Source of the DNA: an uncultured Chloroflexia bacterium
Lineage (GTDB): Bacteria; Chloroflexota; Chloroflexia; Thermomicrobiales; CFX8
NCBI GenBank assembly: GCA_963729445.1
Contig: CAVSNU010000003.1
Span: forward strand, 995,736 to 1,059,735
Reading direction: 5' to 3'
Length of the DNA stretch: 64,000 nucleotides
The notes beneath the pieces were generated by a model, which worked only from the letters and a program-made list of their open reading frames with translations, did no database searches and was not told where the DNA came from. This document shows positions 11,082-20,280 of this stretch, in pieces; position 1 is the stretch's first letter; the number at the start of each line of letters is the position of its first letter. The position numbers and the translations under genes were made by a program.

Positions 11082-11858
11082 CAGGCGAGCATGCCGATCG
11101 TTGTCTCCACGACCAGCGCCGCGCGCAACCCTAACTCTCCGTGTATGTCGTGCAGCGCACCCCAATCGTTGCGCAGGTCGGTGATGCGGTGCAGCTCATT
11201 GTTGGAAATATCCTTCACCGCAAGGAAGGGCACGCCGAAAATCGCCGCCACCTGCCCAACCGCCGCGGCTTCCATCTCCTCGCAGAGCGAGCCATGCAGC
11301 TGGTGCAGGGTCTTGATGCGCGCGCCATGCTGGGTCCAGACGTCGGCCGATCCAACCGCGCCCACATGGACGATCGGCTCGTGGTTGATGCCTGGCCAGG
11401 CAGGCAACGGCGTCCTGCGGGCCGCCATCGACGCCAGCTCGAACAGCTCCGGATCAGGCATGATCGCCTCGGTGAGCATCGTTTCGCCGTTGACGTCGTA
11501 GCGAAAGCCGGTGTAGCGCTCTTGCCCATCTTCCTGCACGATGACCGCCGAGTGATGCACGATCCGGTTCGCCAGCACCACATCACCGCAGTCGATATCG
11601 TCGCGATGCGCTCCGGAGCAACCGTAGTTGATGATCGCCTGGGGACGACGCCCGATACACAGGGCGCTCGTCGTCGCGGCGGCGTTGATCAGGCCGATGC
11701 CGGACACGACCACCTCGACGGCCACCCCACCGATGGTACCGGTCGTGCGTCTCCAGACATTGAGCGGATCCTCTTCAGGATCTCTCCAGCCGTTCGCGCA
11801 GATGCACCGCTTCCGAGTCCATCGCACACACGACGGCCACCGTTCGCCGTTCTCTCAC
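11081..11858 (-). CDS. mtnN: 5'-methylthioadenosine/SAH nucleosidase family, frameshift near 11790
   Basis: N-terminal VAVVCAMDSEA in one frame, then SGIGLINAA, INYGCSG, CEEMEAAAVGQ, VKDISN. Confidence 0.8.
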
Positions 11859-12241
11859 CGAAGCCCCAACCCCACACTCACCATCACGATCGCCAAGAGT
11901 GCACAGCATACGATAACGAACATGTAATCGCGCTGTCGCAGGAAGATAATCATGGAAACCACCACACAGAATGACGGCGTAAAGAGCAGCACCAGAATAC
12001 CGAGATCAATGATGCCCTGCGGCTCAAGCGCCAGCGCGGCCGGCACCACATCGACTAGAGGGGCGACCTCGTCACCGATCGGTTCATCACGCATGAGTGC
12101 CAGTGCGCTCCCGGCCGCAATCAGAGCCATACTGCTCCAGAACCCGACCGTCAGCGTGCGCACGATCCAGCGATAGAGCGCCCGTCGCTGGCGCTCATAG
12201 ATGCGCTCTTGCACCTGTTGAGGCCGCTGCCGGCATGACAT
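11855..12241 (-). CDS. DUF1634-type membrane protein (TauE partner)
   Basis: 128 aa, three TMs, GIIDLGILVLLFTP; adjacent to TauE gene. Confidence 0.75.
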   Translation of the reverse strand: MSCRQRPQQVQERIYERQRRALYRWIVRTLTVGFWSSMALIAAGSALALMRDEPIGDEVAPLVDVVPAALALEPQGIIDLGILVLLFTPSFCVVVSMIIFLRQRDYMFVIVCCALLAIVMVSVGLGLR

Positions 12242-13077
12242 CAGAGCACCCCGAGCGCGTCGAGGTACATCGACAGGGAAAGCACTAGCAGGACAACCAC
12301 GAACAGAACGATGAGCAGATGCTGAGGCAACCTGGAGGCCAGGCGCACACCGATGCGTGCGCCAGCAATGATGCCCACCATCGAGATGATCGTGATCAGT
12401 GGAGCGACATGGCCACGGCTGTAATAGATGAGCGCCGACGCCGACGCCGTCATGCCAACCATGAATGAGCTCGTGGCAGCGGCTGCCTTGACCGGCACAC
12501 GCATCGTCAGGTTCATCACCGGTACGAGGACCGGCCCGCCCCCAATTCCAAAGAGTCCCGACGCGACACCGCCGAGCGAGGCGAGTGGAAAGGCATACCT
12601 CACTCTCCTCGGCACATAGGTCGTCACATCACCGGCGGGACCATCCACGTAGCGGCCACCGATTCGCAACGGATCACGGACCCGCAACCGTCCGGGCGGG
12701 ATCGCGCCCGGATTCCGCCGGCGGACCATAATGTAGGCAATCGCGATGAGCAGCGTTGCGAAGACGATTTTGAGCGCCGCCAATGGCATGGAGGTCGCCA
12801 GCACACCTCCGACCACTGCGCCGGTTGCGGTCGGCACCAGCAGCACGTAGGCGAGCCGCAAGTTGGTATAGCGCGACTGGAGGTAGACGCGCGAGCCGGA
12901 GATTGAGTTCGCGACAACCGAGATGGCACTGGCGGCAATCGCGGCGCGTAGAGGAACGTCAAACACCAGCGAGAGGATGGGCACGAGAAAGATACCGCCA
13001 CCAAGACCAAGCATCGTTCCGAGAGTTCCCGCCCCGGCGGCAACCATGATCAGGGCAATAACTTCGGCTACTCCCAC
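12241..13077 (-). CDS. TauE/SafE family membrane protein
   Basis: GTMLGLGGGIFLVP and SGLFGIGGGPVLVP internal repeats, AATSSFM; GTG at 13077 after ggaaggagg RBS. Confidence 0.9.
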   Translation of the reverse strand: MGVAEVIALIMVAAGAGTLGTMLGLGGGIFLVPILSLVFDVPLRAAIAASAISVVANSISGSRVYLQSRYTNLRLAYVLLVPTATGAVVGGVLATSMPLAALKIVFATLLIAIAYIMVRRRNPGAIPPGRLRVRDPLRIGGRYVDGPAGDVTTYVPRRVRYAFPLASLGGVASGLFGIGGGPVLVPVMNLTMRVPVKAAAATSSFMVGMTASASALIYYSRGHVAPLITIISMVGIIAGARIGVRLASRLPQHLLIVLFVVVLLVLSLSMYLDALGVL

Positions 13078-13170
13078 GTGCCTCCTTCCACCCTGCAACC
13101 ATACTCCCAGACGTACCCATTTTGCAGGGTCAATTCTTGGCACCACTTACGGCCCGGGACGGAATCCAGA

Positions 13171-13762
13171 GTCATCCCATTCGACTCCGCTCAAGAGGTG
13201 TCCCAGCGCGGTCCCCCCCCGCCGGTAAGGGAGCAGCTCGTCTCCTCCCAGATACACGAACGCCAGGGCAGGCTCCTCGCCGCCGCATGTCATGCCGAGC
13301 TTCAATCGTCACCCCGAGCGTCGATCCAGTCATCCCGAGCGCCTTCCTCGGTCGTCCTGCGCATGTTAGTCATCCTGACGTAAGGAACGATCTCTGAGCC
13401 AAACGCCTCGGGAGTCGAACAAGAGATCCCATTCGACTTCGCTCAGGGCAGGCTCTTCGCTGGCACTCAGTACTGGACCACAGGGGCGTTGTCACGCTCC
13501 GGGGTTCCGCCTGTCAGTCGGGGAAGACGGCATCCGGCGCTGATGAGTCATCCTGCGCCTATGAGTCATCCTGAGCGGAAGCGAAGGATCTCTGCGTCAA
13601 ACGCCTCGGCAATCAAGCAAGAGATCCTTCCTTGCGTCAGGATGACGATCAAACGCAGGATGACGATCAAGCTCAGGACTGGCCCACAGGGCAGCTGTCA
13701 CGTTCCGGGGTTCCTCCCCGACCGGGGTGACACCAGCATCGTGGTCGAGTACTCAGGATGAC
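13171..13762. repeat. Cluster of REP-like palindromic elements (GTCATCCTGAGC...CAGGATGAC type)
   Basis: Half-sites at 13289, 13308, 13329, 13351, 13369, 13547, 13565; inverse copies at 13635, 13654, 13751; two related longer units at about 13369-13508 and 13565-13714. Confidence 0.8.
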
Positions 13763-14010
13763 TGATGAACAGTGCACATCAGCCGTTGCGCCGTAGGGTT
13801 AGGGATCCTTCGTTCCGCAGAGCCCGCCCCGTGGGCAGATGAAGGGATGACCGTCAAAGCGGTACGCGCTGGCCGATGACTCCTTGGGTTGACGCGAGTG
13901 GATCGTAGTCCATACAACGCCAAACCGGACGGTGGGGGCGGAAGCGTCGTTCTCCCACCTTGACGTAGCCCGAACCGGATGCCACACTGCAGCCATAACT
14001 GAATCTGAGA

Positions 14011-14134
14011 ACGACGGTGGGTGCCCTCTTGGAATGTATCGAAGGGTTCACCCAGGGGAAACCGGTGAGAATCCGGTGCTGTGCCGCAACTGTAACGCGC
14101 GAGAGCGCGAAGCCAGGTCGCCTGCCACCGTCGT
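14011..14134 (+). ncRNA. Cobalamin riboswitch
   Basis: aggggaaaccggtgagaatccggtgctgtgccgcaactgtaa and agccagg..cctgcc conserved blocks; outer stem acgacggtgg/ccaccgtcgt. Confidence 0.93.
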
Positions 14135-14193
14135 CCCCGGGTCACTTCGAGACAGGGTGACAGGGCAGGATCGTCTCCGATCCCTCCCCGAAC

Positions 14194-14217
14194 ACCCGCT
14201 CGAACGCGGGTTTTTTT
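14194..14217 (+). terminator. Riboswitch-associated intrinsic terminator
   Basis: acccgc-tcgaac-gcgggt followed by a T run. Confidence 0.8.
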
Positions 14218-14262
14218 GTGCCGGTCGGAACCAGCCGGCTCTTCCGGGAGGATCTTTACAGG

Positions 14263-15753
14263 ATGACTGCACCAGGACTGGTCAGACCGTTCAGGCTGCT
14301 GACCCTCGTCGTTTTACTGGCCGCGTTCGCGCTGACCGCAATCGCGCCGGCGGGAGCGGTCGAGACCGACTCCCCTGAGGTAACCCAGGCATTCGATTGG
14401 CTCAAAACTCAGCAACTTGACGACGGCGCCTTCTCTGGGTTCGGCGGCGAGAGCGACCCCGGCACAACGGCCGACGTTGTTTTTGCCTATGCTGCTGCCG
14501 ACATTGACCCAGAGACCATCACTTCCGCAACGGGCGAGAGCCCAGTTGACTATCTGATCGCCAACGCCGGGGAGCTCGATGAGAACCTGGGACTGGCCGG
14601 CAAGGTGACGATGGCGCTGGATGCGTCAGGCGTGGACCCGCGTGACGCGGGAGGCACAGACCTGGTCGCCGTTCTGGAGAACGCCGTCGGCGACGGCGGT
14701 GCTTTCTTTGGCACCGACACGTCCAGCCGCGCCTATGTCGTGCTGGGACTCGCGGCCGCTGATGTCGAGGTCGAGCAAAACGCAGTCGATGTCCTGGTCA
14801 ACGGGCAGATCGAAGACGGCTCGTGGTCATACACCGGAGACACGACGCCGGGCATGGGTGACTCCAACACCACCGCGCTCGTCATCCAGGCGCTAGCGGC
14901 GGTTGACGCCGGTGACGGCGCGATCGCGGAGGGTATCGACTACCTGCGCTCGCTTCAGGACGAGCGCGGCGCGATCGCCTACGACGGCAGTACCGCACCC
15001 GAGCTGGTCGGCGACGCGAATTCAACCGCCGTGGCGATCCAGGCGATGGTCGCCGCCGGCGAAGACCCAACCGAGATGGTCGAAGCGCTCGCCACCTTCC
15101 AGAACGAGAGCGGCGCCTTCTTCTGGCAACCGGAAGTCGCGGACGACTCGCTCCTGGCAACCGTTCAGGCCGTCCCGGCGCTCCTGCTCAAACCGTTGCC
15201 TCTGCAGACGGACGCGAACTCATCTGGTGAAAACACCGCCGGTCTGGTCGTGCGTCACGGTAACGGCACGCTTCTCTACACCCATGTGACGTTCGATGAG
15301 GAGACGATCAGCGGCGAGGACCTGCTCACCCGCTCCGGGCTCGACGTCGCCATGGCCCCCTTCGGCGGGCTCGGCGGCGCGGTCTGCTCGATCGACGGCG
15401 AAGGCTGCTCAAGCGACAACTGCTTCTGTCACTCCTACTCCAGCCCATCCTTCTACTGGCACTACTATGTCCTCGAGAATGGAGAATGGGTTGAGCACCC
15501 ATCCGGACCATCGTCACGCCAGCTCTCAGACGGCGCGGTCGACGGCTGGTCATGGACCGCCGGCGAGCCCGAGTTACCCACGACCAGCATCGAGCAGGTC
15601 GTCAGCGCCAGCGGCACGACGGGTCAGGCCATCAACGACGCGACCGGGGACGACGGAAATGCGTCAACCTATCTCGTGTTCGCGGGGATGGCCACGCTCA
15701 TCCTCATCGTCGGTGGCTTCGCACTCGCGCGGCAGAGGCCGAGAAGGCCGTGA
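14263..15753 (+). CDS. Secreted, C-terminally anchored protein: prenyltransferase/squalene-oxidase-repeat alpha barrel plus DUF4430-like beta domain; putative cobalamin-binding protein
   Basis: Signal peptide; repeats WLKTQQLDDGAF, GQIEDGSW, YLRSLQDERG, FQNESGAF; GAVCSIDG..YWHYY..G..LSDG..W domain; terminal TM plus RQRPRRP. Confidence 0.8.
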   Translation: MTAPGLVRPFRLLTLVVLLAAFALTAIAPAGAVETDSPEVTQAFDWLKTQQLDDGAFSGFGGESDPGTTADVVFAYAAADIDPETITSATGESPVDYLIANAGELDENLGLAGKVTMALDASGVDPRDAGGTDLVAVLENAVGDGGAFFGTDTSSRAYVVLGLAAADVEVEQNAVDVLVNGQIEDGSWSYTGDTTPGMGDSNTTALVIQALAAVDAGDGAIAEGIDYLRSLQDERGAIAYDGSTAPELVGDANSTAVAIQAMVAAGEDPTEMVEALATFQNESGAFFWQPEVADDSLLATVQAVPALLLKPLPLQTDANSSGENTAGLVVRHGNGTLLYTHVTFDEETISGEDLLTRSGLDVAMAPFGGLGGAVCSIDGEGCSSDNCFCHSYSSPSFYWHYYVLENGEWVEHPSGPSSRQLSDGAVDGWSWTAGEPELPTTSIEQVVSASGTTGQAINDATGDDGNASTYLVFAGMATLILIVGGFALARQRPRRP

Positions 15754-16763
15754 CCGGCAAAGTCAACGCCGTCGCCTGGACGCTCTGGTTTGCGGCCGTC
15801 GTCGTTGTGCCGCTGACCAGCCGCAACCCGCTCTATCTGGCGCTTGACCTGCTGGTTGTCCTGGCCGTCTTCTTCTCATTACCCCAACGGAACGGCCAGA
15901 CGAGCGCCTGGCGCCTCTTTGCCTATATCGGCACCGCAGTCGCGACGCTCTCGATCGGTTTCAATGTGTTGACGGTGCATGTCGGTGACCGGGTCTTCGC
16001 CCGGCTACCTGCCGGACTGCCGATCATCGGCGGCCCACTGACGATCAACGCCCTCGTCTACGGCGTGATCTCGGCAACGGCAATTGCAACCGTGCTCTTC
16101 GCCGCGGCGACCTTTAACTCGGCTGTACGGCATGCCGATCTAGTGCGGCTCCTGCCGGGGTCGCTCTCGCGCTTCGGGGTCGCGGCTGGTATCGCGCTGC
16201 TCTTCGTGCCGCAGACCATCGCGGCGGGACGTGACATCTACGATGCGCAACGCGCCCGGGGACACACGTTCCACCGTCCCGGTGACGCCCGGGCCTTTAT
16301 CATCCCGCTGCTCTCAACCGGCCTGGAACGGGCACTCTTGCTGAGCGAGGCACTGGAGACGCGCGGCTTCGGGGCGAGCGCAATCGCGCAACGCCCACCG
16401 AAGCGCTCCACAGTGCTCACCTCGGCAGCTGCCTCCGGCATCCTTCTGGCGCTCGTCGCGCTCGGAACCGGCTCCTATCCACTTGGTATCGCGTCGCTCG
16501 CCGCTGCGGCAACCCTGGCGCTCGCCGGGTCGTCGAACCGAACACAGCGCACGCGTTTGCGGGCGACAGAGTGGTCAACTGGCTCGTTGCTCGTGAGCCT
16601 GTCAGCAGGGCTCGCCTTCCTCGTGCTCCTGTTTGGCAGGGCCGTCAGCGACCTCAAGCTGACCTATGACACCTTTCCGCGCATCGAACAGCCGGAGCTC
16701 GCCGCTGCTGGCGGAGTAGCCATCCTGCTGCTCATCTTGCCCGCCCTGGTGAACCGGCCATGA
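15750..16763 (+). CDS. ecfT: ECF transporter transmembrane (T) component
   Basis: AQRARG and EALETRGF motifs; GTG overlaps the upstream TGA. Confidence 0.88.
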   Translation: MTGKVNAVAWTLWFAAVVVVPLTSRNPLYLALDLLVVLAVFFSLPQRNGQTSAWRLFAYIGTAVATLSIGFNVLTVHVGDRVFARLPAGLPIIGGPLTINALVYGVISATAIATVLFAAATFNSAVRHADLVRLLPGSLSRFGVAAGIALLFVPQTIAAGRDIYDAQRARGHTFHRPGDARAFIIPLLSTGLERALLLSEALETRGFGASAIAQRPPKRSTVLTSAAASGILLALVALGTGSYPLGIASLAAAATLALAGSSNRTQRTRLRATEWSTGSLLVSLSAGLAFLVLLFGRAVSDLKLTYDTFPRIEQPELAAAGGVAILLLILPALVNRP

Positions 16764-18355
16764 TCGCGCTCAAGCTGGACAGCCTCTCCTTCCGCTTCGC
16801 GGCGTCCGAGTACGATGTGCTGCGAGCCGTGAACTGGGACGCGCTCGCGGGCTCGGTCAACCTGGTCGTCGGCCCATCGGGAGCAGGTAAGACGACCCTC
16901 CTGCACTGCCTGAACGGCATCATCCCGCACTTCCACGGCGGGTTCTTTGGCGGCGAGGTGACCGTCCTTGGGCGCAACATCCGCCTGACCGCGCCGCGCG
17001 ATCTGGCGGCCTCGGTCGGCACCGTCTTTCAGGACCCTGAGTCGCAGTTCGTGACTGACTCGGTGGAGGACGAGATCGTCTTTACGATGGAAAACCTGGC
17101 CTACGACCGGCAGACGATGCGCCTGCGGCTGGAAGAGACACTCGACCTGCTCGGCATCCAGCACCTGCGCCATCGTGCGATCTCGGAGCTGAGCGGCGGG
17201 GAGCGCCAACGGGTCGCTCTGGCCGCCTCGCTGGCGTCGCGTCCGGAGCTGATGATCCTTGACGAACCGACCTCCCAGCTCGATCCGCTGGCGGCCCACG
17301 ACATTCTGACGGCCGTCGAACGCTTGAACCTCGATTTCGGCATGACGGTCGTTATCGCCGAGCATCGCCTGGACCGCGTGCTGCCCTTTGCCGAGAACAT
17401 CATTCACGTCCATGACACGGAGCTCATCTCCGGCCCGACGCAGGAAATGCTGCCGGAGCTCGACGACGTTCCACCGCTCGTGCAGTTCGGTCGACACAAG
17501 GGCTGGTATCCCGTTCCGCTGACGATCCGCCACGCCCGCCGGCGTCTCCTCAGCCTGCCCCTGGAACCCCGATCCGCACAGCAGGTTCAGGCCCCCGGTG
17601 AGCGCATCGTCAGGCTGGAGAAGGTCGGTTTCAGTTACGGTAGCAGGCCTGCGCTGAAGGACATCAACATCGATGCTCACGCCGGTGAGGTCATCGCCCT
17701 GGTCGGACGGAATGGCTCCGGCAAGACAACGCTGCTCAAGCACGTGATGGGGCTCCTGCGACCCTCTGAGGGCAAGGTCCTGCTCCATGGAGAGGATACT
17801 GCCAGGCAATCCGTCCAGCAGATCGCCCGCAGCGTCGGTTATGTCCCACAGTTCCCGACTGCCATCCTGCACCAGGAGACCCTGCGCGACGAGCTGGCGT
17901 TCACCGGCAGGGCCCAGGGGAAGCCGATCGATCCCGAGACCACCGCCCGACAACTCGGCATCGCGGATCTTCTGGATCGGCACCCGCTCGACCTCAGCGG
18001 GGGCCAACGCCAGCGGGCAGCCCTTGCCGCCATCTGTGCGGCTGAGCCGGAGGTCTTGCTGCTCGACGAGCCAACCCGCGGTCTGCCGGGGCGCGACAAG
18101 ACAGTCCTGGCAACCTTCATTCGTCGTTATGCTGCCGAAGGCCGGTTGGTCATCGTGGCCACCCACGATGTCGAGTTCCTGGTTCTGTGCTCAACCCGGG
18201 TGCTCACCCTTGCGGGCGGTGAGCTGATTGCCGATGGACGGCCCGCGGACGTACTGGCCGGCTCACTCTCGTTCGGGACCCAGATGAACCGGCTGCTCGG
18301 TGGCGACATCCTCACGCTCGCCGATGCCGGCGTGCCGCCTTCAGACATCGGGTAA
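16760..18355 (+). CDS. ECF transporter fused double ATPase (EcfA-EcfA')
   Basis: Two Walker A motifs (GPSGAGKT, GRNGSGKT), FQDPESQF, LSGGERQR/LSGGQRQR, two DEPT. Confidence 0.93.
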   Translation: MIALKLDSLSFRFAASEYDVLRAVNWDALAGSVNLVVGPSGAGKTTLLHCLNGIIPHFHGGFFGGEVTVLGRNIRLTAPRDLAASVGTVFQDPESQFVTDSVEDEIVFTMENLAYDRQTMRLRLEETLDLLGIQHLRHRAISELSGGERQRVALAASLASRPELMILDEPTSQLDPLAAHDILTAVERLNLDFGMTVVIAEHRLDRVLPFAENIIHVHDTELISGPTQEMLPELDDVPPLVQFGRHKGWYPVPLTIRHARRRLLSLPLEPRSAQQVQAPGERIVRLEKVGFSYGSRPALKDINIDAHAGEVIALVGRNGSGKTTLLKHVMGLLRPSEGKVLLHGEDTARQSVQQIARSVGYVPQFPTAILHQETLRDELAFTGRAQGKPIDPETTARQLGIADLLDRHPLDLSGGQRQRAALAAICAAEPEVLLLDEPTRGLPGRDKTVLATFIRRYAAEGRLVIVATHDVEFLVLCSTRVLTLAGGELIADGRPADVLAGSLSFGTQMNRLLGGDILTLADAGVPPSDIG

Positions 18356-18395
18356 CGGCGTCTCAGCGCCGCGCGCAGCTCGCCGGCAAACGGGC

Positions 18396-19172
18396 CTACA
18401 TGGTCATGCCGTCCATCCCGCCCGAGGTGTCCGCGTGGAAGCCCGGAGCGAGCTCAGGAAAAAACACGACCGCCACAGCCAGCGCGAGCGAGATCACACC
18501 CGCGGCCTTGGCCAGCTTCTCCCCGTGTGACCACTGCTTTTCGAGCGCAACAACCGACGCCAGGCCAACCATTGCAACGAGGTTCATCATTCCGAACGCG
18601 ACCATGAGCAGCATCAGTGACCAGCAGCAGCCCAGGCAGAACATGCCATGATGCGATCCCGCCCGCAGGTTTCGGAACACCCCACGATAGCTACCGTAGT
18701 GCAGAAAGTGGCCGAGCGGCGTGCGGCAATGGTGCAAGCAACGATCTTTGAGCGGCGTCAGCTGGTACAGACCACAGGTTGCGAAGATTGCGACCGCCGC
18801 CCCGGTCGCCCAACCGGGCTGGTCGGCAGCGACGCGGTCTGCTATCCACGCCAGCCCGAAGGCTGGAACGCCCGAGAGCGACCAGACGAGCACATAGCCT
18901 GCAACAAACAGCGCGAGCTGACGGTAGCGTTGGATCTGGAGCGTCCGCATGTAGATACCGACGAGCGGCGACGCGGACGGCAGCATCATCGCGGCCATCA
19001 TAAAGGTCCACATCGCGACGAACGGCACCATCCCCATGCCCATCGTGCCGGGCATGCCTCCCATCTCCCGTGCCCAGGTAATCGTGACGATCCAGGCCCC
19101 AGCGGCGAGCAGAAGAAGCGGGACCACGATACGAGCGCGTCCCTGGCTGGACTGCAAGGAAGAGATCTGCAT
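18396..19172 (-). CDS. DUF2182 family metal-binding integral membrane protein
   Basis: WTFMMAAMMLPS, YQLTPLKDRCLHHCR, CLGCCWSLM, LEK. Confidence 0.9.
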   Translation of the reverse strand: MQISSLQSSQGRARIVVPLLLLAAGAWIVTITWAREMGGMPGTMGMGMVPFVAMWTFMMAAMMLPSASPLVGIYMRTLQIQRYRQLALFVAGYVLVWSLSGVPAFGLAWIADRVAADQPGWATGAAVAIFATCGLYQLTPLKDRCLHHCRTPLGHFLHYGSYRGVFRNLRAGSHHGMFCLGCCWSLMLLMVAFGMMNLVAMVGLASVVALEKQWSHGEKLAKAAGVISLALAVAVVFFPELAPGFHADTSGGMDGMTM

Positions 19173-19213
19173 CCAACGCCTCCATGCTCGATCTGCGACG
19201 CAGCGTCTTGCTG

Positions 19214-19846
19214 CTATGCGTTCGCCCAGGTAAACGGTGCGTAGTGGCCGTTCTTGCCGGAATTGTCCCAGCGCATGCCATAATCTTCCCAGAGGCTCCC
19301 AGCATCGCCATGAGCCATCGCGATCTTCTCCGGGAACAACGGGTGCGCGTTCGTCAACCACACTTCACTATCTGGAGTGACGCCCGGATTCGCGCTGACT
19401 GCCATCCGCATGACCCCGGGAACCTCGACCGAGCGGCGGCGGTCTTCTTGGGAGTAAGTGATCGGGACGACCTTGACTCCAAGCACCTCAGAAACCAGCG
19501 GTGCCAGCGCGCCCATGGGCCCACCCGCACTCCCGGCAAAGATACTGGTGAGCGCATCACGCTGGCGGTCGTCGGCGCGCTCGTCGAGGTAGAGCGCCAC
19601 CTGCGCGTTCCCCTCCGCCATCACGCCCGGTGTGCGCAACACGACCACCGTATTCAGCCCATCCAACGTCACGTCGCCATAGCTTCCCCGGTCAATATGA
19701 AACGCGAACGGAACCTCACACGCGCCTTCGGTGGGACGGTTGGTTAAGGGGCCTTGGGGAGAATGCAGGCAGGGACAGGGAACAGCGCAGTTACAGTTCT
19801 CGAAATAATCCCCGTTGATCTGCCACTGTGTCTGGGTTGCTGTCAT
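19214..19846 (-). CDS. DUF1326 family protein
   Basis: WQINGDYFENCNCAVPCPC, HIDRGSYGDVTLDGL, WDNSGKNG. Confidence 0.9.
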   Translation of the reverse strand: MTATQTQWQINGDYFENCNCAVPCPCLHSPQGPLTNRPTEGACEVPFAFHIDRGSYGDVTLDGLNTVVVLRTPGVMAEGNAQVALYLDERADDRQRDALTSIFAGSAGGPMGALAPLVSEVLGVKVVPITYSQEDRRRSVEVPGVMRMAVSANPGVTPDSEVWLTNAHPLFPEKIAMAHGDAGSLWEDYGMRWDNSGKNGHYAPFTWANA

Positions 19847-20280
19847 GGATCCTCTCCCTTTCCTGCAGGACTGACACTGGAGCGGATGTGCTTGAAATCG
19901 ATCCGTCTGCCGCGCACCTCGATCCGCGATGGGAGGAACGCGCCAGCACCCGCCATCATGCACCGATGCGGCGGCACCAGCGAGGCGCTGGAGCCCGGAC
20001 TTTGACTCGCCGGATGGAGACGTATGTACAGGACTACTCAGGCTTATGTCCACTCTATGGAGTGAACAACGTTTTGTCAATACGGCACAACATCGCACAT
20101 GACCTGCCCGAAGGCACGCGAAAACATTGGGGCCTTGGTACAATTGAAGGTCGTGCCTTTCCGCAGGGAACTACGGCGCGTTTTACTACCTTGTGGCAAT
20201 CATTCATAATTAAAAGACCTTGCAATCGATAAACCCGTTTCGGGAACACTCCCTGCGGCAGAAATAGAGGACAGAACCGT

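Noticed and set aside
13289-13762. CRISPR array
   Set aside because: Repeats are only about 12 bp, degenerate and in both orientations; intervening sequences are too short or irregular; no cas genes in the window
14263-15753. Squalene-hopene cyclase or prenyltransferase enzyme
   Set aside because: Has QW-like repeats but no DXDD motif; it is secreted, membrane-anchored and in a B12 transport operon
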